Source: an uncultured Acidobacteriota bacterium (GTDB taxonomy: Bacteria > Acidobacteriota > JAQAZP01). Taken from it: a stretch of 64,000 nt of DNA. Position 1 is the first letter of the stretch; each line of letters starts with the position of its first letter. Of this stretch, positions 21,331-30,825 are shown piece by piece. The DNA is taken from the NCBI GenBank assembly GCA_963836075.1, contig CAWIIB010000009.1, positions 3,104,001 to 3,168,000 of the forward strand. The letters are read 5' to 3'. The notes below the pieces were generated by a model. That model was not told the DNA's origin. It did no database searches and saw only the letters and a list, made by a program, of their open reading frames with translations. The translations under genes and the position numbers were made by a program.

Positions 21331-23799
21331 ATGAAATGGGCCGTGCTTTCGCTTCTGCTGCTGTGCTGCCCCGCAGTGGTCTGGGCCGATGACATCCACG
21401 TCCCCATCGACCAGCCCACCATCCAGGCCGGAATCGACGCGGCCGTGGACGGGGATAGTGTCATCGTTCTCGACGGTACGTACACCGGTGAGGGCAACAA
21501 GAACCTCGACTTTTACGGCAAGGCGATCACGGTCCGCTCCCTGACCAATCCGTGGGATTGCTGGATCGACTGCGAAGGAGAGGGCCGCGCCTTTGTATTT
21601 CAGCACAATGAAGGACCCGACTCGGTGGTTTCCGGTTTCACCATCGCCAACGGGAGGGCCCCCGACACCCCCGGCGACTATGGCGGCGGCGGGATTCGGA
21701 GTGAATACGCCTCTCCCACCATTCGCGGCAACACTTTCCAGGACTGTCAGGGGGGATTGGGTGGCGGCGACGCCATCCTTTGTTATGACGGCAATCCAGT
21801 AATTTCCCGCAATGTGATCCGTTCAAACGGCCAGGACGAAAACGATGAAGCGGTGTTGTTGCGATGGAGCGTCGCACTGGTGGAAGGGAACCGTATCGAG
21901 CAAAACTTCGGAAGCGGTATTGAACTGGACTTCGACTATTTCACTGGCAGCGATGCACCTACACTGACTGGAAACACGATTTGTGAAAACGGCGGGGACG
22001 GGATCAGGGTCGTAGGCGATTACAACGGTGTTCAGTCCAAACTGGTCTATAACGAGATCTGCCTCAACGGGGGCAGCGGAATACTGCTACGGGGCGATTC
22101 GAGACCGACCATCTCGTGGAACCGGATCCATGACAATGGAAACGGCGGCATCCTCGTGGACGGCGGTGAATCCGGAGGAACCATCAGCCACAACTACATC
22201 GCCGCAAACGAAGCCGACGAGGGCGGTGGAATTTACATCGACGGCTACTGCGAGTTCACCATCAGCAGTAACCTGATCGTTGACAACCGGGCCCAACTCC
22301 TCGGCGGCGGGATATACGCTCTGGCCTTTAACACGCTGATCAGGGGCAATACCATTGTCGGGAACAGCGCCCTCCAGGACGCAGCCGGTATCTGGTGCAT
22401 TGGCCGGGACAACACCACGATCATCGACAGCATCATCTGGGACAACACCTGCCCCACCGGCATCCAGGTTTACGGTGCCGAGGAGTGGTATGAACCGACG
22501 CTCAATATCAGCTACTGCAACATCGACGGGGGAGCGGCGGCCATAGAGGTGGAGCCGGGCTGCACGTATAACCTGGGGGCGGGCCTGATCGACGCCGATC
22601 CGCTCTTTGTCACCGGCCCGGCAGGCGATCTCCAGACCGGCAGCTATTACCTTTCGCAAGTGATCGCCGGACAGTCCGTCGACAGTCCGTGCGTGGATTC
22701 AGGCGACCCGACGGTCGATCCGGCCTGGGGCACCACCCGTACGGACCTGGTGTTCGACCAGCAACGGGCGGACATGGGTTTTCACCGCTCCGGCCCCTGC
22801 CGGCTGGTTACGGGACCGGGGCCATCAGTGAGCAATCCGCCCCTGGTCCGCATCTTTTACCCCCTGGACAGTGTCCACCTGGCCGAGTTCAGCGCCTATG
22901 GAGCGTCGGCTTACGGCGTCAACGTCAGTTGCGGTGACGTCGATGGCGACGGCGTGGACGAGATCATCACCGGCGCCGGCCCCGGGGCGATCTATGGCCC
23001 GCACGTACGCTGCTTCGGGAAGAGTGAATCCGGCAACTTCCTGCCCTTGGTGGATTTTCTTGCGTACGGAACGCTCAAATTCGGAGTGAACGTGGCCGCC
23101 GGCGACATCGACGGTGACGGCGCCGACGAATTTATCACCGGCGCCGGTCCCGGTGCGGTTTTTGGCCCCCACGTGCGAGCTTTCAATTTTGTCGATCCGG
23201 ATGATGTGATGCCGGTTCCCCGGGTGAGCTATTTCGCCTACGGCACGCCCAAGTGGGGGGTGAACGTCTCGGCGGGTGACATCGACGGCGACGGCTATGA
23301 CGAGATCGTCACTGGAGCAGGCCCCGGGGCTGTCTATGGGCCACACGTCAGGGGATGGAACGTGGACGGGGGACCGGCAACGTCCATGCCCGGCTGCAGC
23401 TTTTTTGCTTACGGCACCCTGAAATATGGTGTGAACGTCACCTGCGGCGATGTGGATGGGGACGGCATTGACGAGATCGTCACCGGCCCAGGACCCTCCT
23501 CCTTTTTCGGGGCCCACGTGCGGGCCTTTGACATGAATGGCACACCACTGCCCGGATTGAGCTTTTTTGCCTGGGATTCAGCTATTGCCCGATATGGCGC
23601 CAAGGTTTTTGCCGGTGCCGACCTGGACGGAGACGGCCGGGACGAGATCATGGTGGGCTGCGGGCCGGATCCAGACCCGGATGTGGGCACACCGGTCAAG
23701 GTCTATCGCTACACGGGATCAGGGGAGGCCGAGTGGTTCTCGCTGGAAGCTTTCCCAGGCATGACCCACGGAACCACTGTGGCAGCGGGGAGGTTCTGA
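21331..23799 (+). CDS. Secreted right-handed beta-helix protein with CTD-A module
   Basis: Signal peptide, IHVPIDQPTIQAGIDAA, GTTRTD..DMGFH linker, GAGPG..GPHVR repeats, ends AAGRF. Confidence 0.88.
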   Translation: MKWAVLSLLLLCCPAVVWADDIHVPIDQPTIQAGIDAAVDGDSVIVLDGTYTGEGNKNLDFYGKAITVRSLTNPWDCWIDCEGEGRAFVFQHNEGPDSVVSGFTIANGRAPDTPGDYGGGGIRSEYASPTIRGNTFQDCQGGLGGGDAILCYDGNPVISRNVIRSNGQDENDEAVLLRWSVALVEGNRIEQNFGSGIELDFDYFTGSDAPTLTGNTICENGGDGIRVVGDYNGVQSKLVYNEICLNGGSGILLRGDSRPTISWNRIHDNGNGGILVDGGESGGTISHNYIAANEADEGGGIYIDGYCEFTISSNLIVDNRAQLLGGGIYALAFNTLIRGNTIVGNSALQDAAGIWCIGRDNTTIIDSIIWDNTCPTGIQVYGAEEWYEPTLNISYCNIDGGAAAIEVEPGCTYNLGAGLIDADPLFVTGPAGDLQTGSYYLSQVIAGQSVDSPCVDSGDPTVDPAWGTTRTDLVFDQQRADMGFHRSGPCRLVTGPGPSVSNPPLVRIFYPLDSVHLAEFSAYGASAYGVNVSCGDVDGDGVDEIITGAGPGAIYGPHVRCFGKSESGNFLPLVDFLAYGTLKFGVNVAAGDIDGDGADEFITGAGPGAVFGPHVRAFNFVDPDDVMPVPRVSYFAYGTPKWGVNVSAGDIDGDGYDEIVTGAGPGAVYGPHVRGWNVDGGPATSMPGCSFFAYGTLKYGVNVTCGDVDGDGIDEIVTGPGPSSFFGAHVRAFDMNGTPLPGLSFFAWDSAIARYGAKVFAGADLDGDGRDEIMVGCGPDPDPDVGTPVKVYRYTGSGEAEWFSLEAFPGMTHGTTVAAGRF

Positions 23800-23812
23800 A
23801 CGGAGATATCCC

Positions 23813-24103
23813 GCTGATGAACCGCTTCCTGCCCCGGGCGTCCTCGGCCTGGTGGAAAACTGTATTGCCGCGAACAACAGCAAGCCCAGCTATGGGGGTG
23901 GGATCTCGATCCTGCCGGACAACACATCGGGCGGTACCACCGATTGTGACATCATTATTCCCGGCCTTGGGTCGGTGCTGGGGGACAACACCTTCAGCCT
24001 GGTGGCCGAGGACGTGACCCCGGCGCCATACAATCAGCCGCCCTATGCGCCGGCCGGGGATACGGATTCGGCGCAGTGCGTGGTGACGGCTGCGGCACCT
24101 TGA
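23813..24103 (+). pseudogene. Mosaic remnant: SSS-like fragment + beta-helix-like fragment + tail of CTD-B
   Basis: GCTGATGAACCGCTTCCTGCCC matches 17404-17425; then ENCIAANN..YGGGI; then IPGLGSVLGDNTFSLVAEDVTPAPYNQPPYAPAGD...CVVTAAAP*. Confidence 0.7.
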
Positions 24104-24128
24104 CGCCAGGCCCCCAGGTTCCTATATT
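24100..24128 (+). promoter_or_regulatory. Sigma70-like promoter upstream of the peptide/radical SAM operon
   Basis: TTGACG-N17-TATATT. Confidence 0.55.
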
Positions 24129-24244
24129 TAAAACAAATTGTCTGCTGAGAGCGACGTCCGATCAAATCTTAATCTTTCCGACTGCTGGGCCCGGATATTT
24201 CCGCAGGATGTCAATCGTCAAGGTATTTCCTGAACAGGAGGTAA

Positions 24245-24506
24245 ATGAAGACATATAAGAAACCATCAATTACCTCTGAAAGTTCTTCGAAACCAACGCG
24301 CTGGCCTGCGGAAAAACACCGACCCCCCGCTGGGATCACATCATTTTGCCGATGGCTATGACACATTCACCGGTCATCTCGGAGTGGGTTTCAGCACGCA
24401 GGAGTCGGTTACCGGCCAGGCCGGTATCGGATTCGGGCCCGGGAGCACCAGTATGGCCTACGGCTATTTCGGCATGTGCACCAACTGGGTCACCCTCGCG
24501 TCCTGA
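24245..24506 (+). CDS. Putative RiPP precursor peptide 1 (two 1-nt homopolymer deletions as sequenced)
   Basis: AGGAGG RBS. Restoring one A (run 24279-24281) and one C (run 24323-24328) gives 264 nt, the same length as copy 2: MKTYKKPSITSEKFFETNALACGKTPTPPLGSHHFADGYDTFTGHLGVGFSTQESVTGQAGIGFGPGSTSMAYGYFGMCTNWVTLAS. Confidence 0.8.
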
Positions 24507-24565
24507 TCACTGCATTCACTGATGGTGGACGGCAGACACAACGGGATCTTCAGGAAGGGGATACA

Positions 24566-24829
24566 ATGAAGAAATACCGGAAACCGGCCATTACGTCGGA
24601 CAAGTTCTTCGAAACCAGTGCGCTGGCCTGCGGGAAAACGGCGACCCCTCCATCAGGTTCACATCATTTTGCCGGTGGATATGACACCTTCACCGGTCAT
24701 CTCGGGGTTGGTTTCGGTACCCAGGAATCCATTACAGGACAGGGTGGCGTTGGGCTCGGGGCTGGAGGGACCAGCTCGAGTTACTGGATAGGAGGTCTGT
24801 GCACCAACTGGGTTTCCCTCGCCTCCTGA
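24566..24829 (+). CDS. Putative RiPP precursor peptide 2 (87 aa)
   Basis: Intact ORF MKKYRKPAITSDKFFETSALACGKTATPPSGSHHFAGGYDTFTGHLGVGFGTQESITGQGGVGLGAGGTSSSYWIGGLCTNWVSLAS; 24 nt upstream of the radical SAM gene. Confidence 0.85.
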   Translation: MKKYRKPAITSDKFFETSALACGKTATPPSGSHHFAGGYDTFTGHLGVGFGTQESITGQGGVGLGAGGTSSSYWIGGLCTNWVSLAS

Positions 24830-24853
24830 TCGAATACCGACAGCGTCACCGCA

Positions 24854-27116
24854 ATGAGCCGTTCAGTCCAGCGAACGATACTCGCCCAGCTGGCCCACCC
24901 GCTGGGCGACCGGAATCCCTCTTTCTGTAACCGGGAGAATATCCCACTGGCCGGCGGGTATCTGCGTGCGGCGACCAGGGCACGTGGAGGACTCTCTGCC
25001 GAAGATATCTCGATTCTCGATCCGATATTAGCCGAGCACGCCGGCGATGCGTATTTGATCAATGTCCTGGTTGAACGCCGGCCCGATGTTCTCGCCCTTT
25101 CCCTCTACCCCTGGAACCTGGTGCGCAGTGTCCGTCTGGCTCGGGAACTCCATGCCCGGCTTCCCGGATTGACGGTGGTGGCCGGCGGGCCGGAGGTCAA
25201 CGAGGTTAGCCTGCCGCTGCTGTTCGACCGTGGTGCGGTGGACTTCGCTGTTCCGGGTGAGGGCGAAGTCACCTTTCCGGATCTCCTTGCGGCGCTGGCT
25301 GACGGGCGGGACCCGGCCACTGTTGCCGGTCTGGCCCTGAGACGGAACGGGGCGATCGTCCACACACCGCCCCGCCCGACGCTGAGCGATCTGGACCAGA
25401 TCCCCTCGCCCTATCTGGAGGGTGACATCGACCCAAATGCCTGGCGTCAGGCACATGTGATTCTGGAGCGGGGGTGCGCCCACGCCTGCAAGTACTGCCA
25501 CTGGTGGCCCGATTCCCGGTCAAAGGGCGCTTTCTCCATCAAGCGTCTGGAAGAGGAGCTTGAACTGCTTCACTCATCGGCGGTGGAGGAGGTGATCTTT
25601 CTCGATGCCGCGTTGAACGCCAGCCCCCGGTTCGATGAGATATGCACCGTGCTGCAGCGGGTCAATGCCGACGGGAAGCTCAATATCAACGCGCAGATTC
25701 TCTTTGATCGCCTGGACCGCACCCAGGCGGAAAAGCTCGCTGCCGCGGGCATCCGCCGCATCGAACTGGGCCTGCAGACAGCGGACGCCGAAGTGCTGAT
25801 GAACAACAACCGGCCCCTGGAGGTGGACCGGTTCATGGAAGCCGTGCGGGCTCTGGACGGCCTGCCGATCAGTCCCCAGATCGATCTGTTCACCGGCCTC
25901 CCTGGAGATACTCCGGGATCGATCATTGCCACGGCCGGCTGGATCCGGAAGAACCTGATCCCCCATCTCTTCGCGCAGAAAAAAGCGGCCAACCTGATGA
26001 TGTTCATCCTCTCCGTGGGCTCACCCACCCAGCTTCGTCACGAGGCCGAGGCTCTGGGGCTCCGTTTCCAGCCTGAACCGCCGTACCGGGTGCTGAGCAC
26101 GGCCAACCTCGATTTCAAGGCCATCCGCTCGATGCGCATGGAGTTTTCGTGGTTGCTGGGGCTGGCCAAACACCCGCTGGATGAATTTGACCGCCCGCAC
26201 TATTCGGTCAATCTGTTCCATCCCGAGCTGGCATCCTGGTCGGCTCCCACACCAGGGAGGAATGTCGCGAAGGGTGACTCAGCGTCAGGGAGTTCGGATT
26301 GTCTGATCGATGCCGTCCGGATCGACTGCCGGGGGACGGCTTCCGGACCCGGCCACCCGTTCTCTGCCAAGGCGCTGGCCTCCCGACTGGCACAGGTGGT
26401 GCAGGTCTGGTTCCGGGTTGACGATCCTTCTTCCTGCCGGCAGCACATGTCCCAGACACTGGAAACCCTCTCCTCTCCGAACCGCCACGGCATCTGGGAC
26501 CTGGTCCTGGAAACGGACCGGGAGTTCGACCCGGATCTTGTCGACCAACTCCTCGCTGCGGTTCGAACCGAGGTGAGCGTTGTGGACTGGGACTGCTACT
26601 TCATCAATCCGGAGGAGGGGCCGGGCCACGCCAGGGTTTCGGTGCGCCCTTTCATCATTGTGCCCCTCGGCGCCGTTTCACCCCGCTGGCTCGAAATCGT
26701 GGCGCCACGCTTCCCGGTGGTGCATGCCGTCACCGTGGGCCCGGACAATCTCGAAGAGGTGCTGGACCGGGTGAGCCGCCTGCCGGGGGAGGGGATGCTG
26801 GCCGAAGTCGCCCGGGATGCCGGGTACTGCAGCGGTTCGGCCCCTGCTGGGCGGGATGCTCTCACTGGACAAGCGTGTGCTGGCTTTCCGCAACGCGGCC
26901 CTCCAGACACTGTTCGACAGGGAACGGCTGCACAAGCCGTTCATGAACAGCATGCTCAATCCGCGGATCCCGTACCGCGACCGGACCGTATTCCGGGCGG
27001 GACCGGACGGGAGTATCGGGGAGCGGAAGATCACAGTGGAACAGGTGCTCCGGGACGCAGACAGCCTGGTCAGGGCCATCGGTATTCAGCAGGGCACAAA
27101 TCGTCCCCGGATATGA
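24854..27116 (+). CDS. B12-binding radical SAM enzyme with long C-terminal extension (probable frameshift near 26812)
   Basis: Cobalamin-binding-type N-domain (LSLYPWN, VVAGGPEV, GEGEVTF); RGCAHACKYC CxxxCxxC; ELGLQT; GLPGDT. Protein-like sequence continues in ORF 26817..27116. Confidence 0.88.
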
Positions 27117-27145
27117 GGATCGGGGGTATATGAGGGAGTAAAAGC

Positions 27146-27168
27146 CTGGTGCCGAAGGGGGGATTCGA
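27146..27168 (-). repeat. att-like duplicate of the tRNA-Leu 3' end
   Basis: CTGGTGCCGAAGGGGGGATTCGA identical to 29472-29494. Confidence 0.9.
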
Positions 27169-27431
27169 GACCGAGGCGCTATCCACGAAGAAGAGCGCAA
27201 ACATTCTCTCCAGCCGTTTCGGTGGACGCCGACACCATTCGTGCTCCCAACGGCCAACCCACCATCCCGGCCGGATCGATTCGGCCGTGGCGCTGTGCAC
27301 AGTACGGAAAATATCTTGCCGTTAAGGGAGGCGGGTAGTAGACTAATATCAGTATTCATAGGCACTCATCTGCTGATCGGTCCGAGCCGATCAATCAGCC
27401 GCGCCATTATCTAAATATGAAGGAAAGTGAA

Positions 27432-28915
27432 ATGAGCACTTCCTGTTTCATCTGCTCTGTCATTCTGGTGCTCTGCTGTCTTTCCGCGGCGACCACTGAA
27501 GCACAGTTGTTCAATCCCAGCTTGGAATACGCTGCCGGCAACTATCCCTGTTCGATCGCCATCGGTGATCTGGACGGCGACAGCTTCCCGGACCTGGCCA
27601 CGGCAATCAGTGATGACGACAATGTAGCGGTGCTGTTCGGCAATGGCGACGGCACCTTTCAGCCTGCCGTATCATCTCGAGATCGGAAGCTCTCCATATG
27701 CTGTTGCCCTCGATGACCTGGATGGCGACGCCGACCTCGACCTGGTTGTGGCGAATCATGGGGATGACAATGTCACGGTGCTGCTGGGCATTGGGGACGG
27801 CACTTTCCTGGAACCCAAAAGTTACGGAATCGGGACCTCTCCCCATTCGGTCGCCATCGGTGATCTGAATGGTGACAGCTTTCCGGACCTGATCACGGTT
27901 AATTGTGATAGCGACAATGTTTCGGTGCTGCTGGGAACTGGGATCGGCACTTTTCACGCCCGCCACGGATTACGAGACTGGTGACGGGCCCACGTCGGTT
28001 GCCATTGGTGACCTGGATGGCGATGCGGTGCCCGATCTTGCCCTGGCGAACAACTACGGAGACGACCTCTCGCTGCTTGTGGGCAATGGGGACGGATCTT
28101 TCCAGGCCAAAGTCGATTTTGAGGATATTTACCAGCCGTATTCGGTAGCCATCGACGACTTGAACGGGGATGGCAACCTCGACCTGGCCGTGGCGAATCA
28201 TCATGGAGGTCACAACCTGTGGGTGTTGCTCGGAAACGGTGACGGTACATTTGAGACCTTCATGATTTACACGGCCTGCTACGCCTCTTATTCAATCGCC
28301 ATCGGTGATCTCACTGGTGACGGGCATCCGGATCTGGCTGTAGCCAGCATTGGGTTCAGCACGATTGAGGTGCTGATGGGCAACGGGGACGGCACCTTTC
28401 AACCTGCCATGCATCATGGGACCGGTGACTATCCTTATTCGGTCGCCATCGGCGACCTGGATGGGGACAGTAAACCGGATCTGGCCGTGGCGAATTACAT
28501 CGGGGACAATGTCTCCGTGTTGATCAATACTGGGGTGCCGGCATGGGAGACAGTATCGGCGGGTCTTGCCTGTCTACCGTCTACGGGCGCGCTTCCGTTC
28601 ACCACCCGGATGTACGTGTTCCTGTCCAACATCCACCCTCAAAACAGACGACGAGTGGCGGCGACGATGAACATCACCCTCGGCGGAGGTGGGCATATCG
28701 CCAACTGGCGGTCTGGATATACCAACATAGATGAAGAGGACACGTACAGCATATCCTGGATCCAGACGATCCCGGATATCGGCAAACTGGTCGGAGACAA
28801 CATCTTCACTCTGGTGGCCGCGGACGTGACACCGGCGCCATACAACCAGCCGCCCTATCCGCCCGCGGGTTTCACCGACTCCCGCTTCTGCACGGTGACG
28901 GGTATCGCGCCCTAA
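27432..28915 (+). CDS. Secreted FG-GAP/VCBS repeat protein with CTD-B (two frameshifts near 27670 and 27955)
   Basis: Signal peptide ..AEAQLF-like; (V/I)AIGDLDGD..PDL...GNGDGTF repeats across three consecutive ORFs; DVTPAPYNQPPYP..CTVTGIAP end. Confidence 0.82.
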
Positions 28916-29012
28916 TCGCTACCACAGCACCGGCTCAGGGAACTACTCGAGCCGGTGTTGCTTTGTACAGTGCATTGACCACGCCCGCCGTGGTGGAAGA
29001 GGTGGTGGACGT

Positions 29013-29280
29013 TCAAGAGCTAAACGTAACCCAATTACCGCACAGGCCAAAGTAGAAATAAGAAATCGATGTTCCACCACCCGGCCCCACACCAACCGAT
29101 CCACTGACAGATTCTGACCCACCAAAACCACTGCCCAAATGACCGGTGAATGTGTCGTAGGCTTGGGTGAAATGATATGAGCCTGGAGGCGGATCAGTTG
29201 TTTTACCGCAAGCCAAAGCTGAGGTTTCGAATGATTTCGTAGAGTGGATGCTAGGGCTTCATGTACTTGGATTTGGTCAT
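29013..29280 (-). CDS. Putative RiPP precursor peptide 3 (one extra base in a homopolymer near 29255)
   Basis: GGAGG RBS; corrected reading MTKSKYMKPSIHSTKSFETSALACGKTTDPPPGSYHFTQAYDTFTGHLGSGFGGSESVSGSVGVGPGGGTSISYFYFGLCGNWVTFSS, homologous to peptides 1 and 2. Confidence 0.8.
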
Positions 29281-29429
29281 GGTTCCTCCCCACGAACTTA
29301 GGTTGGAGACGTTGCCACCAGTTAAGTGCATTGTCCATGAAATCAAATAGTAACCTGAATATAGGGTCTATTGAGGCGAGCCGCAATCATCGGTGGGGGA
29401 GAGATGGTGGTCGTCCATGGGGTGGTCAT

Positions 29430-29458
29430 AAAAAAGCCCCTCTTTCGAGGGGATTTTT
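29430..29458 (-). terminator. Terminator downstream of tRNA-Leu
   Basis: CCCCTC-GAAA-GAGGGG hairpin plus T run on the minus strand. Confidence 0.75.
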
Positions 29459-29472
29459 CATGTACTGATTGC

Positions 29473-29559
29473 TGGTGCCGAAGGGGGGATTCGAACCCCC
29501 ACACCCTTGCGGGCACTGGACCCTGAACCCAGCGCGTCTGCCAATTCCGCCACTTCGGC
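29473..29559 (-). tRNA. tRNA-Leu(CAG)
   Basis: GCCGAAGTGGCGGAATTGGCAGACGCGCTGGGTTCAGGGTCCAGT...GGTTCGAATCCCCCCTTCGGCACCA; long variable arm, encoded CCA; TTGACA upstream at 29599-29604. Confidence 0.97.
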
Positions 29560-29650
29560 ACAAAAGGGAGCCAAGATATAACACTTTGGTTCGATTGTTG
29601 TCAACATTGGGCGGGCCGGGGTATCTGCCCGGTCCGCCCATCGTTGTATA

Positions 29651-30634
29651 ATGGGGGTGACCCGGCGCTTACTGCGCCGGATATCCCGATGGAGACCACG
29701 GTTCATGCGCTTCAGGTCACTGACCCGGATGCCCGGCTTTTTCATCCTCCTGGCGGCCTTTCTCGCGCTTGCCGGCCCCTGGCGCGCCATGGGCCAGGAG
29801 CAGCCCCGGGCGGTGGGGGAGACCTTCGAGATGGCCATCGAGGCCCGTCTGGTCCAGGTCTACGCCACGGTCACCGGGGCGCGGGACAAGGCGATCGATG
29901 ACCTGACCCGGGATGATTTCCTGGTGCTGGAGAACGGGGAACCCCAGGAGATCGTTCACTTCGCCCACGAGCAGACCCCCCTCTCCATCATCCTGCTGGT
30001 GGACAGCAGCGAGAGCATGATGGGCCGCATCGACGAGGCCCGCCGTGGGCTGGCCGATTTCATCGGCTCGGTGCGTCCCATCGACCAGGTGATGCTGGTG
30101 GAGTTCGACCACGAGGCCCGCACGCTCAGCGCCTTCACCAGCGACAAGGGCAAGCTGAAAAAGGCGCTGGAGACGCTGCGGCCGGACGGCTCCACCGCGC
30201 TCTATGACGCGCTGGCCCTCTCCATCGACCAGCTGGCCGCCCGGGCCCATGGCCGGGTGGTGGTGCTCCTTTCCGACGGGATGGACGCCAGCTTCACCGG
30301 CGGCAGCGAGAAGACCTTCGAGCAGGTGCTCCGTCAGGCCCACGAGGCGGACACCCGACTGTTCACCATCGGGCTGGGGGTCAGCGTCGACCGTGCCGAA
30401 CTGGAGCGGCTGGCCGCCGAAACCGGGGGCGAGGCTTACTTCTCCATGCAGCCCGGCGAACTGTCCGGTGTCTACCGGGAGATCGGACGCGAGCTGCACA
30501 ACCAGTATCTCCTTTCCTACCAGCCCAAAGACTTTGTGGCCGACGGCAAATGGCGGAACATCGAGGTCCGGGTCCGCCGGTCAGGATTGGCAGTGATCGC
30601 CCGAAAAGGGTATTATGCGCTGGCGGTTCCCTGA
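29651..30634 (+). CDS. VWA domain protein (acidobacterial VWFA-related type); start uncertain, possibly 29729
   Basis: LVDSSESM MIDAS, TALYDA, LLSDG.D, LAAETGG, QYLLSY.P...DGKWRNIEV. Confidence 0.88.
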   Translation: MGVTRRLLRRISRWRPRFMRFRSLTRMPGFFILLAAFLALAGPWRAMGQEQPRAVGETFEMAIEARLVQVYATVTGARDKAIDDLTRDDFLVLENGEPQEIVHFAHEQTPLSIILLVDSSESMMGRIDEARRGLADFIGSVRPIDQVMLVEFDHEARTLSAFTSDKGKLKKALETLRPDGSTALYDALALSIDQLAARAHGRVVVLLSDGMDASFTGGSEKTFEQVLRQAHEADTRLFTIGLGVSVDRAELERLAAETGGEAYFSMQPGELSGVYREIGRELHNQYLLSYQPKDFVADGKWRNIEVRVRRSGLAVIARKGYYALAVP

Positions 30635-30825
30635 TTCCCGAGTTCCCGGGAGAATTTCGGGTAAACAACGGGGATTGGCCCGTTTTGGGGGCCCGGGGAA
30701 AACAGAGCTTCTTTTCAACAATAGTTGTGTCGATACAGTGATTGGCGGTGTTTTTGGAATGCCGCCTGCCCGAACGAGAATTGTTCTCCAGCGGCAGTGG
30801 GGATTTCTGCGTATTGGGGAGAGTT

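Larger units (their letters stand above)
27146..29494. mobile_element. Integrase-less genomic islet at tRNA-Leu
   Basis: Bounded by a 23-bp direct repeat of the tRNA 3' end; carries an FG-GAP gene and peptide 3; no recombinase gene seen. Confidence 0.65.

Noticed and set aside
29251-29253. TAG in peptide 3 as pyrrolysine or a true stop
   Set aside because: It arises from one extra base in a homopolymer; removing that base restores alignment to peptides 1 and 2
29343-29651. Small ORFs overlapping tRNA-Leu (and 33950..34153 over tRNA-Glu)
   Set aside because: Spurious translations of tRNA genes
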